Below are positions 1 through 8,152 of a stretch of DNA of 26,184 nt, in pieces. The notes under the pieces are model-generated. The model was not told the DNA's origin and ran no database searches. It was given only the letters and a program-made list of their open reading frames with translations. The translations under genes and the position numbers were made by a program. The first letter of the stretch is position 1. Each line of letters starts with the position of its first letter. Source of the DNA: Candidatus Methanophagales archaeon (GTDB lineage Archaea; Halobacteriota; Syntropharchaeia; Alkanophagales; Methanospirareceae); the NCBI GenBank assembly GCA_021159465.1, contig JAGGRR010000078.1:1-26184 (forward strand), in the 5' to 3' direction.

Positions 1-653
1 ACACCCGCCTTCACATCCTTCGCGGACATGTTGTCGAACATGATGATATCAACATCCAGTTCTGCTGCTTTCAGAGCTTCTTCTATGCTCTCAACCTCAA
101 CTTCTATCTTACGTGTGAAGCTGACCTTCTCTTTCGCCTTCTTTATTGCATTCTCCAGCCCCATGAGCTTTATGTAATTGTCCTTTATTATTACCGCTTC
201 ATAGAGTCCGAACCTGTGGGGATCGCCACCACCGATGGCTATCGCTTTCTTCTCATATTTCCTGAAGCCAGGCGTTGTCTTACGGGTACCAGCCACTCTT
301 ATCCGTGCATTTGCTCGCCTCGCCTCCCTCACAAATCTGTCAGTTAGCGTGGCAATACCGCTCATCCTGCCCAAGAAATTGAGCACAAGTCGCTCTGCCT
401 TCAGTATCTTCATGCCTGCACCTTGCACTCTCAGGATTACATCTCCTTCTTTTATTCGCGCTCCATCCTCAAATTCCGTTGCACAAAGGACACCGAGATA
501 ATTAAATATCTGCTTCACCTCATCCAGACCCGCAAGCACACCGCCCTCCTTCACTTCTATCTCCGCTTTACATTCCGCCTCCGGGACTATCTCCTCATAA
601 TCCTCATGCCCCACATCCTCTTCCAGGAACGCTTCTATCTCCTTCAGCAACAT
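1..653 (-). CDS. nadC: Nicotinate-nucleotide pyrophosphorylase (quinolinate phosphoribosyltransferase), 3' end truncated by window edge
   Basis: Absent from the ORF track because it runs off the window. My own reverse-strand translation from ATG 653 gives MLLKEIEAFLEEDVGHEDYEEIVPE..GGVLAGLDEVKQIF..LKAERLVLNFLGRMSGIATLT..RVAGTRKTTPGFRKYEKKAIAIGGGDPHRFGLYEAVIIKDNY..DIIMFDNMS and stays open to position 1. These are the NadC family motifs. It is divergent from nadX. Confidence 0.85.
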   Translation of the reverse strand, partial: MLLKEIEAFLEEDVGHEDYEEIVPEAECKAEIEVKEGGVLAGLDEVKQIFNYLGVLCATEFEDGARIKEGDVILRVQGAGMKILKAERLVLNFLGRMSGIATLTDRFVREARRANARIRVAGTRKTTPGFRKYEKKAIAIGGGDPHRFGLYEAVIIKDNYIKLMGLENAIKKAKEKVSFTRKIEVEVESIEEALKAAELDVDIIMFDNMSAKDVKAG

Positions 654-692
654 CTACTTGCAAGAATAACTTTACCTTTACCTTACTTCTTA

Positions 693-700
693 CTTATAAG
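693..700. promoter_or_regulatory. Palindromic TATA-like element CTTATAAG in the nadC/nadX divergent spacer
   Basis: Perfect 8-bp palindrome in a 65-bp spacer, 19 nt upstream of the nadX ATG and 40 nt upstream of the nadC ATG. It could serve both orientations. Confidence 0.4.
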
Positions 701-718
701 ATAAAGAAAGTTAATAAG

Positions 719-1576
719 ATGGCAGATAGCATGGTCATGAGAGTGGGTGTAGTCGGCTGTGGCGCGATAGGAACAGAGATATGCGATGCGATAGACCATG
801 GTGTGCTGGGGAAGGAGCAGGGGATGGAGCTGAAATTCCTGATTGACAAGCATCCTGAGCGGATAGAGAAATTAATTAAGCGCTTGAAGAGGAGACCGGG
901 AATAACAATGACAGGAAGCGAAGGGCTAACAGAGATTCTGGATGAGGTGGACCTGGTGATAGAATGTGCTTCGCAGGATGCGGTACGTGAGTTTGTGATT
1001 CCAGCACTGCATGCAGGTAAGGAAGTGATGATAATGAGCGTAGGAGCATTGATATGTGATGAGGGGCTATTCGATGAGATTATAGGTATTGCAAAAGAAA
1101 AGGGTTGCAGGGTTTATATCCCATCAGGGGCAGTTGCAGGTATAGATGGTTTGAAATCGGGTTCTATTGGCGGTATCCATAGCGTGTCGTTAACGACGAG
1201 GAAGCCACCACAGGGATTTGAGAGTAATGTCTATGTCAAGGAGCGGGGGATAGACCTGAGCGAGATAGAGAACGAAGAGACTCTTTTTGTGGGACCAGCG
1301 AAGGAAGCGGTACGGTATTTCCCGGAGAACGTGAATGTAGCAGCTTCTTTAAGCATCGCTGGTATAGGTCCTGACGCGACGAAAGTGAAGGTCGTTGCAG
1401 ATCCATTTGCTACGGAGAATGTACACGAGATAGAGGTGATAGGGGAATTTGGTAAACTGATGGTGCGTGTAGAGAATGTGCCATCACGAACGAACCCAAA
1501 GACGAGCCATTTAGCTGCTCTTTCTGCTATTGCCACTCTCAGAGGTATAGTATATCCCGTAAGGGTGGGTACTTAG
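719..1576 (+). CDS. nadX: L-aspartate dehydrogenase
   Basis: 285 aa with a Rossmann N-terminus MRVGVVGCGAIGTEI, then SVGAL, PSGAVAGIDGLK and NVAASLS..GIG, ending ..NPKTSHLAALSAIATL, typical of the NadX family. It is paired with nadC. The start could instead be ATG 731 or 737 if the transcript is leaderless. Confidence 0.85.
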   Translation: MADSMVMRVGVVGCGAIGTEICDAIDHGVLGKEQGMELKFLIDKHPERIEKLIKRLKRRPGITMTGSEGLTEILDEVDLVIECASQDAVREFVIPALHAGKEVMIMSVGALICDEGLFDEIIGIAKEKGCRVYIPSGAVAGIDGLKSGSIGGIHSVSLTTRKPPQGFESNVYVKERGIDLSEIENEETLFVGPAKEAVRYFPENVNVAASLSIAGIGPDATKVKVVADPFATENVHEIEVIGEFGKLMVRVENVPSRTNPKTSHLAALSAIATLRGIVYPVRVGT

Positions 1577-1606
1577 TACCAATATCATATCCAAACTTCA
1601 GTCTTT

Positions 1607-2326
1607 TCAGCCTTTATAGTTTAGTCGTATGAGTTGTGGTATCTCACCCCATTTTGCAAGTACATCACGGTATATTATGAGCGCGCCTTTAATACCTGGT
1701 ACATGAGAGATAGTACGAAAGGACTCAGGCAAGGTATGAGGAGTATCACCCCTGACGGAATTGCTGAGTGCAGTTGCAGCAGCATCTGAGAGAGACGCGC
1801 TGTCGCTCAGTACCGTTGCCGCGTCAGCGTATCCAAAATTTATAGAATGCCCAACAGTCCCCGATGAGGTACATATACCGATAAGCGAAGATGACGGTCT
1901 AATTCTGAGTGCAATACGATTTGAGAATGGGCTGTTACCCGCATAAATACCAACAAGCACCTCTCTATCATTTATCAATGCGACGTCACCTCCGTTGTCC
2001 ACCACCGCATGAGTGGCACCAGCATCGTGCATAGCTTCCACTGCCAGTTCTGCCAATGTACCTGCAACTGCGGACATCGGTCCTATACCGAACTTTGAGG
2101 ATGCTTCTATCATCCGCTGCACCACCTCTGGTATCTTCCCTCCCTCTCTATCTTCAATATGACAGTGATAAGGCTCGAGGGTGACGAGGAAGAAGGGATG
2201 CCACCGTATGAACCTTTCCAGCTCCTTTCTCTGTTCCTTTAGCTGCTGCTTCGCTATCTCTATATATTTCCTGTCGTCTGCAGTAATCCATACAGAGGTC
2301 TCTTTCAATACGAAATGCTCCCTCAT
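1607..2326 (-). CDS. UPF0280 / ApbE-like superfamily protein
   Basis: 239 aa. GIGPMSAVAGTLAELAVEAM..AVVDNGGDVAL and ICTSSGTVGHSINFGYADAATVL resemble the archaeal UPF0280 (ApbE-like) family. Exact function is unknown. Confidence 0.7.
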   Translation of the reverse strand: MREHFVLKETSVWITADDRKYIEIAKQQLKEQRKELERFIRWHPFFLVTLEPYHCHIEDREGGKIPEVVQRMIEASSKFGIGPMSAVAGTLAELAVEAMHDAGATHAVVDNGGDVALINDREVLVGIYAGNSPFSNRIALRIRPSSSLIGICTSSGTVGHSINFGYADAATVLSDSASLSDAAATALSNSVRGDTPHTLPESFRTISHVPGIKGALIIYRDVLAKWGEIPQLIRLNYKG

Positions 2327-2396
2327 TGATTTGATTATATTTACAGTATTTGCTTTGCGGAAATGATAGAGGCAATCCCCCTTTCCTGCTTACAGC

Positions 2397-3959
2397 TTAT
2401 ACATTACCAACTGCTATTCGCACAAGCTCGTATATGTGGAGCGATAATATATCCATATATGGTGAGAATATTCCAACAACTCTGAGAATAAAAGCTACGA
2501 AGAAGATAATGGAGAATATCGCGGTTATCGTCAGTGGAACGAGCATGAATATCGGTGCCTCCTTCATTTTGGGCTCTTTGCCATCCCCATCCTCTGGCTC
2601 CTTGAAGAATGCTGTATGTATAATCGGGAAGAAATAAACGACATCCAGCAGGGACGCTATCAGTAGCGTAAACAAGAATACTATCATTACAGGTGAATAC
2701 GTCAGTGATGCCTGATACGCACCTAAGCAAAGATACCACTTACTTATGAATCCGACCACTGGCGGGAGCCCACACATACCCAATGCCCCCACTGAGAATG
2801 CCAGCATCGTTATCGGCATTGCTCTACCTATACCAGCCATCTCACTTATGTTCTTCTTACCCGAAGCTACCATTATCGCACCCGCACACATGAATAGAGT
2901 AATCTTCATGAATCCGTGAAAAGGTATATGCATCATCGCTCCTCTAATTCCATCCTGCGTCAATAGCGCGGCACCCAGAATAATATATGAGAGCTGATTT
3001 ATCGTGGAGTACGCCAGCCTTCTCTTCAGGTTGTCCTGCGCAATTGCGAATAGATTAGCAACTATCATTGTGAAACCCGCAATACATGCGAGTATCAGCC
3101 CGAGTCCGAGCGAGTTCATCAGGTCCACACCATAGATGTAACATACAATCCTGACAATCCCGAACACACCCGCCTTGACCACTGCAACAGCATGCAGTAG
3201 CGCACTCACGGGCGTTGGCGCAACCATAGCAGTAGGCAGCCATGAATGGAAAGGCATCCATGCCGCTTTCATGAACCCCAAGAGGAAACAGAAGAAGCAC
3301 ACTGTCAGTATCAACTTATGCGTGGGCGCCAGCGCACTCAACGCCTTTATACCACCATTTGTGAAATCGGTAGTACCGGTCAGCACATAGACCATTATCA
3401 CACCAAATAGAAAGAATACACCGGCAGTCATCAGATACGCAAGGTACTTACGTCCCCCACTTATCGCTTCTGGAGTCTGGTCATGCGCCACCAGTGGATA
3501 AGTTGAGACCGTGAGTATCTCGTAGAATATATACATCGTTATCAAATTCCTTGATAACGCAACTCCAATCGCACCGAGGATAGCAAATGCGAACGAGAAG
3601 AAATATCGAGTTTGAGCATGCTCGCGCAATGAACGCATGTACCCGATAGAATAGAAAGAGACGAGTATCCAGAGAGAAGAGGAGGTGAGAGCGAAGATGA
3701 GCCCAAAAGCATCCACTCTAAATCCTATCTTTAAGTATCCAGAGAGAGAATCCCTGAATATCGTCTGGAATAGAACGCAATCAAGAACATCACCACTCAA
3801 GACTGTATGTATCATGGAGAATATAAGCGAGAACATTACCAACCCTGCCGCTATCGTCCATCCTTCTCTTATGTTCGGATGCTTACCGAAGAGCAGTATC
3901 AAGGGAGCAGCAAAAGCCGGGCATAAAATGGCTAATAACGGTATCAGTGATTCCACCAT
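2397..3959 (-). CDS. Proton-conducting membrane transporter subunit, NuoL/M/N-MrpA/D family (copy 2)
   Basis: Polytopic protein with FYEILTVSTYPLV and GFMKAAWMPFHSWLPTAMVAPTPVSALLHAVAVVKAGVFG signatures. I moved the start to ATG 3959 (MVESLIPLL), which overlaps the upstream TGA by 1 nt (TGATG). I treat the track's start at 4049 as a spurious extension. Confidence 0.8.
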   Translation of the reverse strand: MVESLIPLLAILCPAFAAPLILLFGKHPNIREGWTIAAGLVMFSLIFSMIHTVLSGDVLDCVLFQTIFRDSLSGYLKIGFRVDAFGLIFALTSSSLWILVSFYSIGYMRSLREHAQTRYFFSFAFAILGAIGVALSRNLITMYIFYEILTVSTYPLVAHDQTPEAISGGRKYLAYLMTAGVFFLFGVIMVYVLTGTTDFTNGGIKALSALAPTHKLILTVCFFCFLLGFMKAAWMPFHSWLPTAMVAPTPVSALLHAVAVVKAGVFGIVRIVCYIYGVDLMNSLGLGLILACIAGFTMIVANLFAIAQDNLKRRLAYSTINQLSYIILGAALLTQDGIRGAMMHIPFHGFMKITLFMCAGAIMVASGKKNISEMAGIGRAMPITMLAFSVGALGMCGLPPVVGFISKWYLCLGAYQASLTYSPVMIVFLFTLLIASLLDVVYFFPIIHTAFFKEPEDGDGKEPKMKEAPIFMLVPLTITAIFSIIFFVAFILRVVGIFSPYMDILSLHIYELVRIAVGNV

Positions 3960-5479
3960 CACGGCATCACCCCCGTGCACAAATTCGTTAATGGCTCTAT
4001 CAATGGCGTTGCGAGACTGGTAAGCCAGAAGAGCCCAGCAATAATGCATAATGCAGCGAAGAGGAACATAGGTATCAGCATGCTATGGGGGATTTTTTTC
4101 TCATCCCTTGTACCTCCATCTAGCTCTGACTCTGACTCCTCATGCAGAAGGTATATCCGCTCGATCAGTCTACCGAAATAAACAAGTTCAAGCAGACTGT
4201 TCAGCAGCAGTACGCCCGCAAATGCATAATTGGATGTCTGCAATGTCGCTACCATAAGAAACAGTTTCGTTGCGAACCCTACTGTTGGCGGTACACCAAT
4301 CATTGAAAGCGCAGCTATTGTGAAGACCGCACTTGTATATGGCATTCGCTTGCCCAGCCCTCTGAACTCCCTTATGTCTCGTAAACCCGCTTTATAAATG
4401 AACGCGCCGGCTACGAGGAACAGACAGCCCTTCATTAGGGTATGGTTCAATATGTGTGCCACGGCGCCGAAGAAGCCCCAGGTGGTAGCTGGCGCTAAAC
4501 CCACACCCAGCACGATATAGCCTATCTGTGAGACACTGGAATATGCAAGCATACGCTTGAAGTTGTTCTGTGTTATCGCGAGTACCGAACCTGCGATTAT
4601 TCCTATCGCCGCTACCCAGCAGATTGCTAAATCCATACCTATATAAGCCTTGACGAAATCGAGCGTGAATACAGAGAATATAACTCTGATCAATGCATAG
4701 ACGGAGATATGTGACATCGTTGCTGCTATAAATGCGCTCACTGCTGATGGCGCGTACGTGTATGCATCGGGCTGCCATAGATGGAGTGGGAATAGCGCCA
4801 TCTTTATACTCATACCTATGATGAAGAATACAAATGCAGCCTGTACCATCCTGTTACCGTATAGGGGCGGTAATAGACGCATGAGGTCTTCCATGTTCAA
4901 CGAGCCAGTCACTGCATAGAGGAATCCTACACCCAGGAGATAGAAACAGGCACCTATGGAACCCATTATGACATAATTGTAGCTCGCTTTCAATGCCCGT
5001 CCACCTGCAGCTGCTATCAATGCGTATGCCGCCAGGGAGGATATCTCCAGGAATACATAGAGGTTAAACATATCCCCGGTCACTGTTATACCACACAGCC
5101 CGGTAATGAGGAGCTGGAATAAGACATAAAATGAGACTGTCTTCTTTGCTGGCAATTCACTCTGTACACTACGCCAGGAATATATCGCAATCAGTAGGGA
5201 TGCAAATAGAAGTATAAGCAACACGTATGCATTCAATACATCTACCACATACTCGATACCCCATGGAGGTGCCCATCCACCCAGCCAGTAATGTATCGTT
5301 CCCCGTGTCAGGACATGGTACAGGATGAAGAGAGCCAATATCAACTGGAAAGTAATGGTTGCAATGGATATGAAACAGCTGCTCTTCCTGTTCAGCCAGC
5401 CTGCAACCAGTATGGTATATGCAGAGATCAGCGATACCGCAACTACCAGTATTGGAAATTGTTCGATCATTCCTTCCAC
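3959..5479 (-). CDS. Proton-conducting membrane transporter subunit, NuoL/M/N-MrpA/D family (copy 1)
   Basis: 506 aa polytopic protein with LYVFLEISSLAAYALIA and GMSIKMALFPLHLWQPDAYTYAPSAVSAFIAA motifs. The purine-rich leader GAGGGTGGAAGGA precedes the ATG. Confidence 0.8.
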   Translation of the reverse strand: MEGMIEQFPILVVAVSLISAYTILVAGWLNRKSSCFISIATITFQLILALFILYHVLTRGTIHYWLGGWAPPWGIEYVVDVLNAYVLLILLFASLLIAIYSWRSVQSELPAKKTVSFYVLFQLLITGLCGITVTGDMFNLYVFLEISSLAAYALIAAAGGRALKASYNYVIMGSIGACFYLLGVGFLYAVTGSLNMEDLMRLLPPLYGNRMVQAAFVFFIIGMSIKMALFPLHLWQPDAYTYAPSAVSAFIAATMSHISVYALIRVIFSVFTLDFVKAYIGMDLAICWVAAIGIIAGSVLAITQNNFKRMLAYSSVSQIGYIVLGVGLAPATTWGFFGAVAHILNHTLMKGCLFLVAGAFIYKAGLRDIREFRGLGKRMPYTSAVFTIAALSMIGVPPTVGFATKLFLMVATLQTSNYAFAGVLLLNSLLELVYFGRLIERIYLLHEESESELDGGTRDEKKIPHSMLIPMFLFAALCIIAGLFWLTSLATPLIEPLTNLCTGVMP

Positions 5480-5624
5480 CCTCGTACTCTACTCTATCCT
5501 ACCCTCTTATCCTATCATAGCCGATTATTTAGCCTATTTCCCTACTTCCTACTTATAAGTGTATAATCCAGTTCATAGGCGAAATCATATAAATGCTTTT
5601 CGGTTTTTACCTGCCAATCACCAA

Positions 5625-6155
5625 TCACCAGGGCACTTCTTTCATGCCCAGTTTGAAGCCTGCGAAATTCGTGAGCAGATGCAGCAGGGGCGTAATAAGG
5701 ATGACCACGACCATCACATCAGCAGAGAAGTTGGAGGAGAACCAGTCACGGGCGACAAGAAATAGAAGCAACCATGCCCCACCTACAAAGTCCAGCTGGT
5801 CCACCACGGGTAGAGGAGCACCTCTTCTCAGTCCCAGTCGCCTCTTCACAAAGCTACCCATTATATCACCGAGCATTGCACCTGCGGATAGAGCCAGCAA
5901 TACAATAATGAAGTATGGGAAAGAGCCAAAAGAGCCGTTATAAAGATGTTGGAGCAAGCCGCAGAGGAAGCCCGCAGAGCAGCCTTTGATCAGCCCCTCA
6001 AAAGTCTTACCGTCGCCAAGCAGCCGGTTTCTACCCAGATGAACGCCCCTGTCTATCGGTATCTTGCCACCGAAGAACGCTGCACTTGCATTCGTTATAT
6101 ATGCAGGGAGCATAAGCCAGATCGCGGTACCAACTATGGTTATCGTCATAATCAT
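5625..6155 (-). CDS. carS: CDP-archaeol synthase
   Basis: Small polytopic protein with LPAYITNASAAFFGGKIPIDRG..LLGDGKTFEGLIKG and GDIMGSFVKRRLG motifs of CarS (DUF46). I moved the start to ATG 6155 (MIMTITIV) because the track ORF start at 6206 overlaps the tRNA. Confidence 0.8.
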   Translation of the reverse strand: MIMTITIVGTAIWLMLPAYITNASAAFFGGKIPIDRGVHLGRNRLLGDGKTFEGLIKGCSAGFLCGLLQHLYNGSFGSFPYFIIVLLALSAGAMLGDIMGSFVKRRLGLRRGAPLPVVDQLDFVGGAWLLLFLVARDWFSSNFSADVMVVVILITPLLHLLTNFAGFKLGMKEVPW

Positions 6156-6170
6156 AATTATGAAACGCAA

Positions 6171-6244
6171 TGCCGGGGGCGGGGTTCGAACCCGCGACTT
6201 CGGCATTATGAGTGCCGCGCCCTAACCAACTAGGCCACCCCGGC
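6171..6244 (-). tRNA. tRNA with CAU anticodon (elongator Met type; Ile2/agmatidine type not excluded), no encoded CCA
   Basis: The reverse complement GCCGGGGTGGCCTAGTTGGTTAGGGCGCGGCACTCATAATGCCGAAGTCGCGGGTTCGAACCCCGCCCCCGGCA folds as a 74-nt cloverleaf. Acceptor GCCGGGG/CCCCGGC, D stem GCCT/GGGC, anticodon stem CGGCA/TGCCG with loop CTCATAA, T arm GCGGG-TTCGAAC-CCCGC, discriminator A. Confidence 0.92.
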
Positions 6245-6254
6245 TCTTCATTTT

Positions 6255-7211
6255 TCACTTATATCCATCGCCCACCGCCAGCTCTCTGCGCAGATCGCCC
6301 ATCGAAGCGACACGCTCCGCAACCGCGTCATGCTGGTGGATGCTCTCCTCGTTTATCTGCCTTATCGTGATGATAGAATCGTCAGGAAGCTCAGTAAAAC
6401 TCTCTACCACTCGCTTCGCCATCTCACGAACACAATCTTCAACGAACATTGGCTTCTTATGCGCTATCTCTACCACCTTCGCCTCATCCGGGCGTTTCAG
6501 TATCTCATACGTCTTTGCACTCATCGAACGCTCTATTATCCTTATTATCTTATCCATTGGTACTTTAATATCATCTTCCACCTCTATCATGATTATTCCC
6601 TTCCCTCTCTGGTTATGCGTTGGCATCGGAACCATACGCAGAAAAGTCTCTATTTTCTCTTCGCCCATTCCCAGCTTTCTCAACTCCTCCACCGCTTGCT
6701 CCTTTATCAATTCCTGTGCGCATGGGCAGGTTGTCACTCCTGCTACCTCCGCGCCTATTATCTTCTTTATTTGCACCTTTGACTGAGTGCGATATGCTCT
6801 CGCTTCTGCATGGATAATCGCAGGCTCCTGACAAGAGATTTTCATCTTCGGCGTCTTCCTCTTTAACATATATTCACTCTTCATGCCTACTTCCGCTGTG
6901 GTAGCGTACTCATGAAGTAGTAGTAGCCGCTTTGCTACCTCGCTGCACAGCTCCTCAACCTCATATATCGGCGTGTTAACCGCCTCTTCCAGCACTTCAT
7001 ACATCGCTTCAAAGTTCCTCGATAGGTTCGCACCCTTTATATCACTTGGAAGGTCAACGAAGATATAGAAGTCTGAGATGAGGATAACGGGTCTTTTGCC
7101 TCCTGCTCTTGCCACCTCCACCAGTTTCTTTACATTCTTCACTCCAACTCGCGTCAGATTTATCCTTATGTCAGGACTGCTTGCCTGCACATCCGGTAGT
7201 TGCAACGACAT
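6255..7211 (-). CDS. mptA: GTP cyclohydrolase MptA (FolE2/type IV family), methanopterin/pterin biosynthesis
   Basis: 318 aa. The N-terminus [36 protein letters not shown] and THNQRG are characteristic of the MptA/FolE2 family. Confidence 0.85.
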   Translation of the reverse strand: MSLQLPDVQASSPDIRINLTRVGVKNVKKLVEVARAGGKRPVILISDFYIFVDLPSDIKGANLSRNFEAMYEVLEEAVNTPIYEVEELCSEVAKRLLLLHEYATTAEVGMKSEYMLKRKTPKMKISCQEPAIIHAEARAYRTQSKVQIKKIIGAEVAGVTTCPCAQELIKEQAVEELRKLGMGEEKIETFLRMVPMPTHNQRGKGIIMIEVEDDIKVPMDKIIRIIERSMSAKTYEILKRPDEAKVVEIAHKKPMFVEDCVREMAKRVVESFTELPDDSIITIRQINEESIHQHDAVAERVASMGDLRRELAVGDGYK

Positions 7212-7405
7212 GTATCTATACTCCTCCCTTAACTTCTTGACCTTTTTATTTTAAAAAGATGCAAGAAAAGCTCGGCGGTGGTAGGAGCGAGTATAAGAAG
7301 GACAGATTGATAACAGGGATTCTACCAGGAATCTGGAGATCTGAATCTTCATTTGTAGCCCCCCTCTCTCACTATATGTTCAATAAATCATAGTTGGAAT
7401 GATGG

Positions 7406-7413
7406 TTTATATA
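7406..7413 (+). promoter_or_regulatory. Candidate TATA box TTTATATA upstream of ccdA
   Basis: The same 8-mer occurs at the cytochrome (11213) and tbp (23863) promoters. It predicts a TSS near 7435 and a leader of about 58 nt. Confidence 0.4.
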
Positions 7414-7421
7414 TACCTGTA

Positions 7422-7443
7422 CTATATCCTTTCTATATCCTTT
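7422..7443 (+). repeat. Perfect tandem direct repeat 2 x 11 bp (CTATATCCTTT)
   Basis: Read directly: CTATATCCTTT at 7422-7432 and again at 7433-7443, between the candidate TATA box and the ccdA Shine-Dalgarno sequence. Confidence 0.95.
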
Positions 7444-7492
7444 AAAAGTTAAGAGGGAGTGAAATGAGTGTTATCTATCAGGAGGGGCTGCA

Positions 7493-8152
7493 ATGGTAAC
7501 GTTACCACTTCCCCTCATCGCTTTCGGTTTTGGGATATTAAGCGTTCTATCACCCTGTATACTCCCGCTCGTTCCACTCATTGCGGCATATTCGACCAGA
7601 ACGAGTAAAATTACGCCTCTAACTGTGGCTATTGGACTCTCTATCTCATTTGCGCTTATGGGTGTACTGGCATCTATCTTTGGCTCGATATTCCAGCGAT
7701 ATAAATTGGTGTTGCAGATTATAGGTGGTCTTCTGATTATATTTCTCGGTTTGTGTATGATATTCGAGTTATTAGAGCAGAAGATACACACAATCATACC
7801 CAGGAAAGGCACCACAAGCACAGGGTTCTCCATTAACCACGTGCATGGAACAGCAGGGGGGCTATTACTCGGTTTTTCGCTCGGTATCGTCTGGACACCT
7901 TGCATTGGTCCCATACTTGGTACTATACTCACAATGGTAGCGGTTGAAGGCGATATACTCTACGGCGCCTTTCTTCTGGTCATCTATTCGCTTGGACTGG
8001 GGTTGCCTTTGCTCGTAATTGCGTATACCACTCATTTCTCAATGAAACCGTTCCTCAAATACAGTATAGCAATAAAGAGGCTTTCGGGAGTTATTCTGGT
8101 GCTGGTCGGGATTTATTTCATATATAATTCGATCATAATCTACGGTTTTTAG
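7493..8152 (+). CDS. ccdA: Cytochrome c biogenesis thiol-disulfide transporter CcdA/DsbD-like
   Basis: 219 aa, six predicted TM helices, with the two signature Cys motifs LSPCILPLVP and WTPCIGPILG. An AGGAGGGG Shine-Dalgarno sequence lies 6 nt upstream. Confidence 0.85.
   Translation: MVTLPLPLIAFGFGILSVLSPCILPLVPLIAAYSTRTSKITPLTVAIGLSISFALMGVLASIFGSIFQRYKLVLQIIGGLLIIFLGLCMIFELLEQKIHTIIPRKGTTSTGFSINHVHGTAGGLLLGFSLGIVWTPCIGPILGTILTMVAVEGDILYGAFLLVIYSLGLGLPLLVIAYTTHFSMKPFLKYSIAIKRLSGVILVLVGIYFIYNSIIIYGF

Noticed and set aside
4392-4778. Alternative-frame ORFs within the antiporter-like genes (4392-4778, 3055-3300, 2404-2739)
   Set aside because: They lie in the same region as strongly supported polytopic membrane protein frames. 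Their translations are Arg/Cys-rich nonsense without motifs.
6156-6206. N-terminal extension of the carS ORF (MPKSRVRTPPPALRFII)
   Set aside because: It is simply the antisense-free reading of the tRNA gene body. A CDS overlapping a tRNA on the same strand is implausible, and ATG 6155 gives a normal CarS N-terminus.
6171-6244. tRNA as an integration hotspot or boundary of a mobile element
   Set aside because: There is no integrase, no direct repeat of the tRNA 3' end, and no compositional break that I could see. The flanking genes are core biosynthetic genes.
7259-7393. Possible 44-codon small ORF (MQEKLGGGRSEYKKDRLITGILPGIW...) in the mptA/ccdA spacer, and a 33-codon ORF on the opposite strand from 7352
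   Set aside because: Neither has a Shine-Dalgarno sequence or a suitably spaced TATA; the AT-rich box ends 1 nt before the ATG at 7259. Neither has a recognisable domain. They cannot be supported from sequence alone.
7262-7420. C/D-box sRNA or other structured ncRNA in the long spacer
   Set aside because: There is only a weak UGAUGG near 7399 and a CUGA at 7341, in the wrong order and spacing. Small hairpins such as GGATTC..GAATCT are short and unconvincing.
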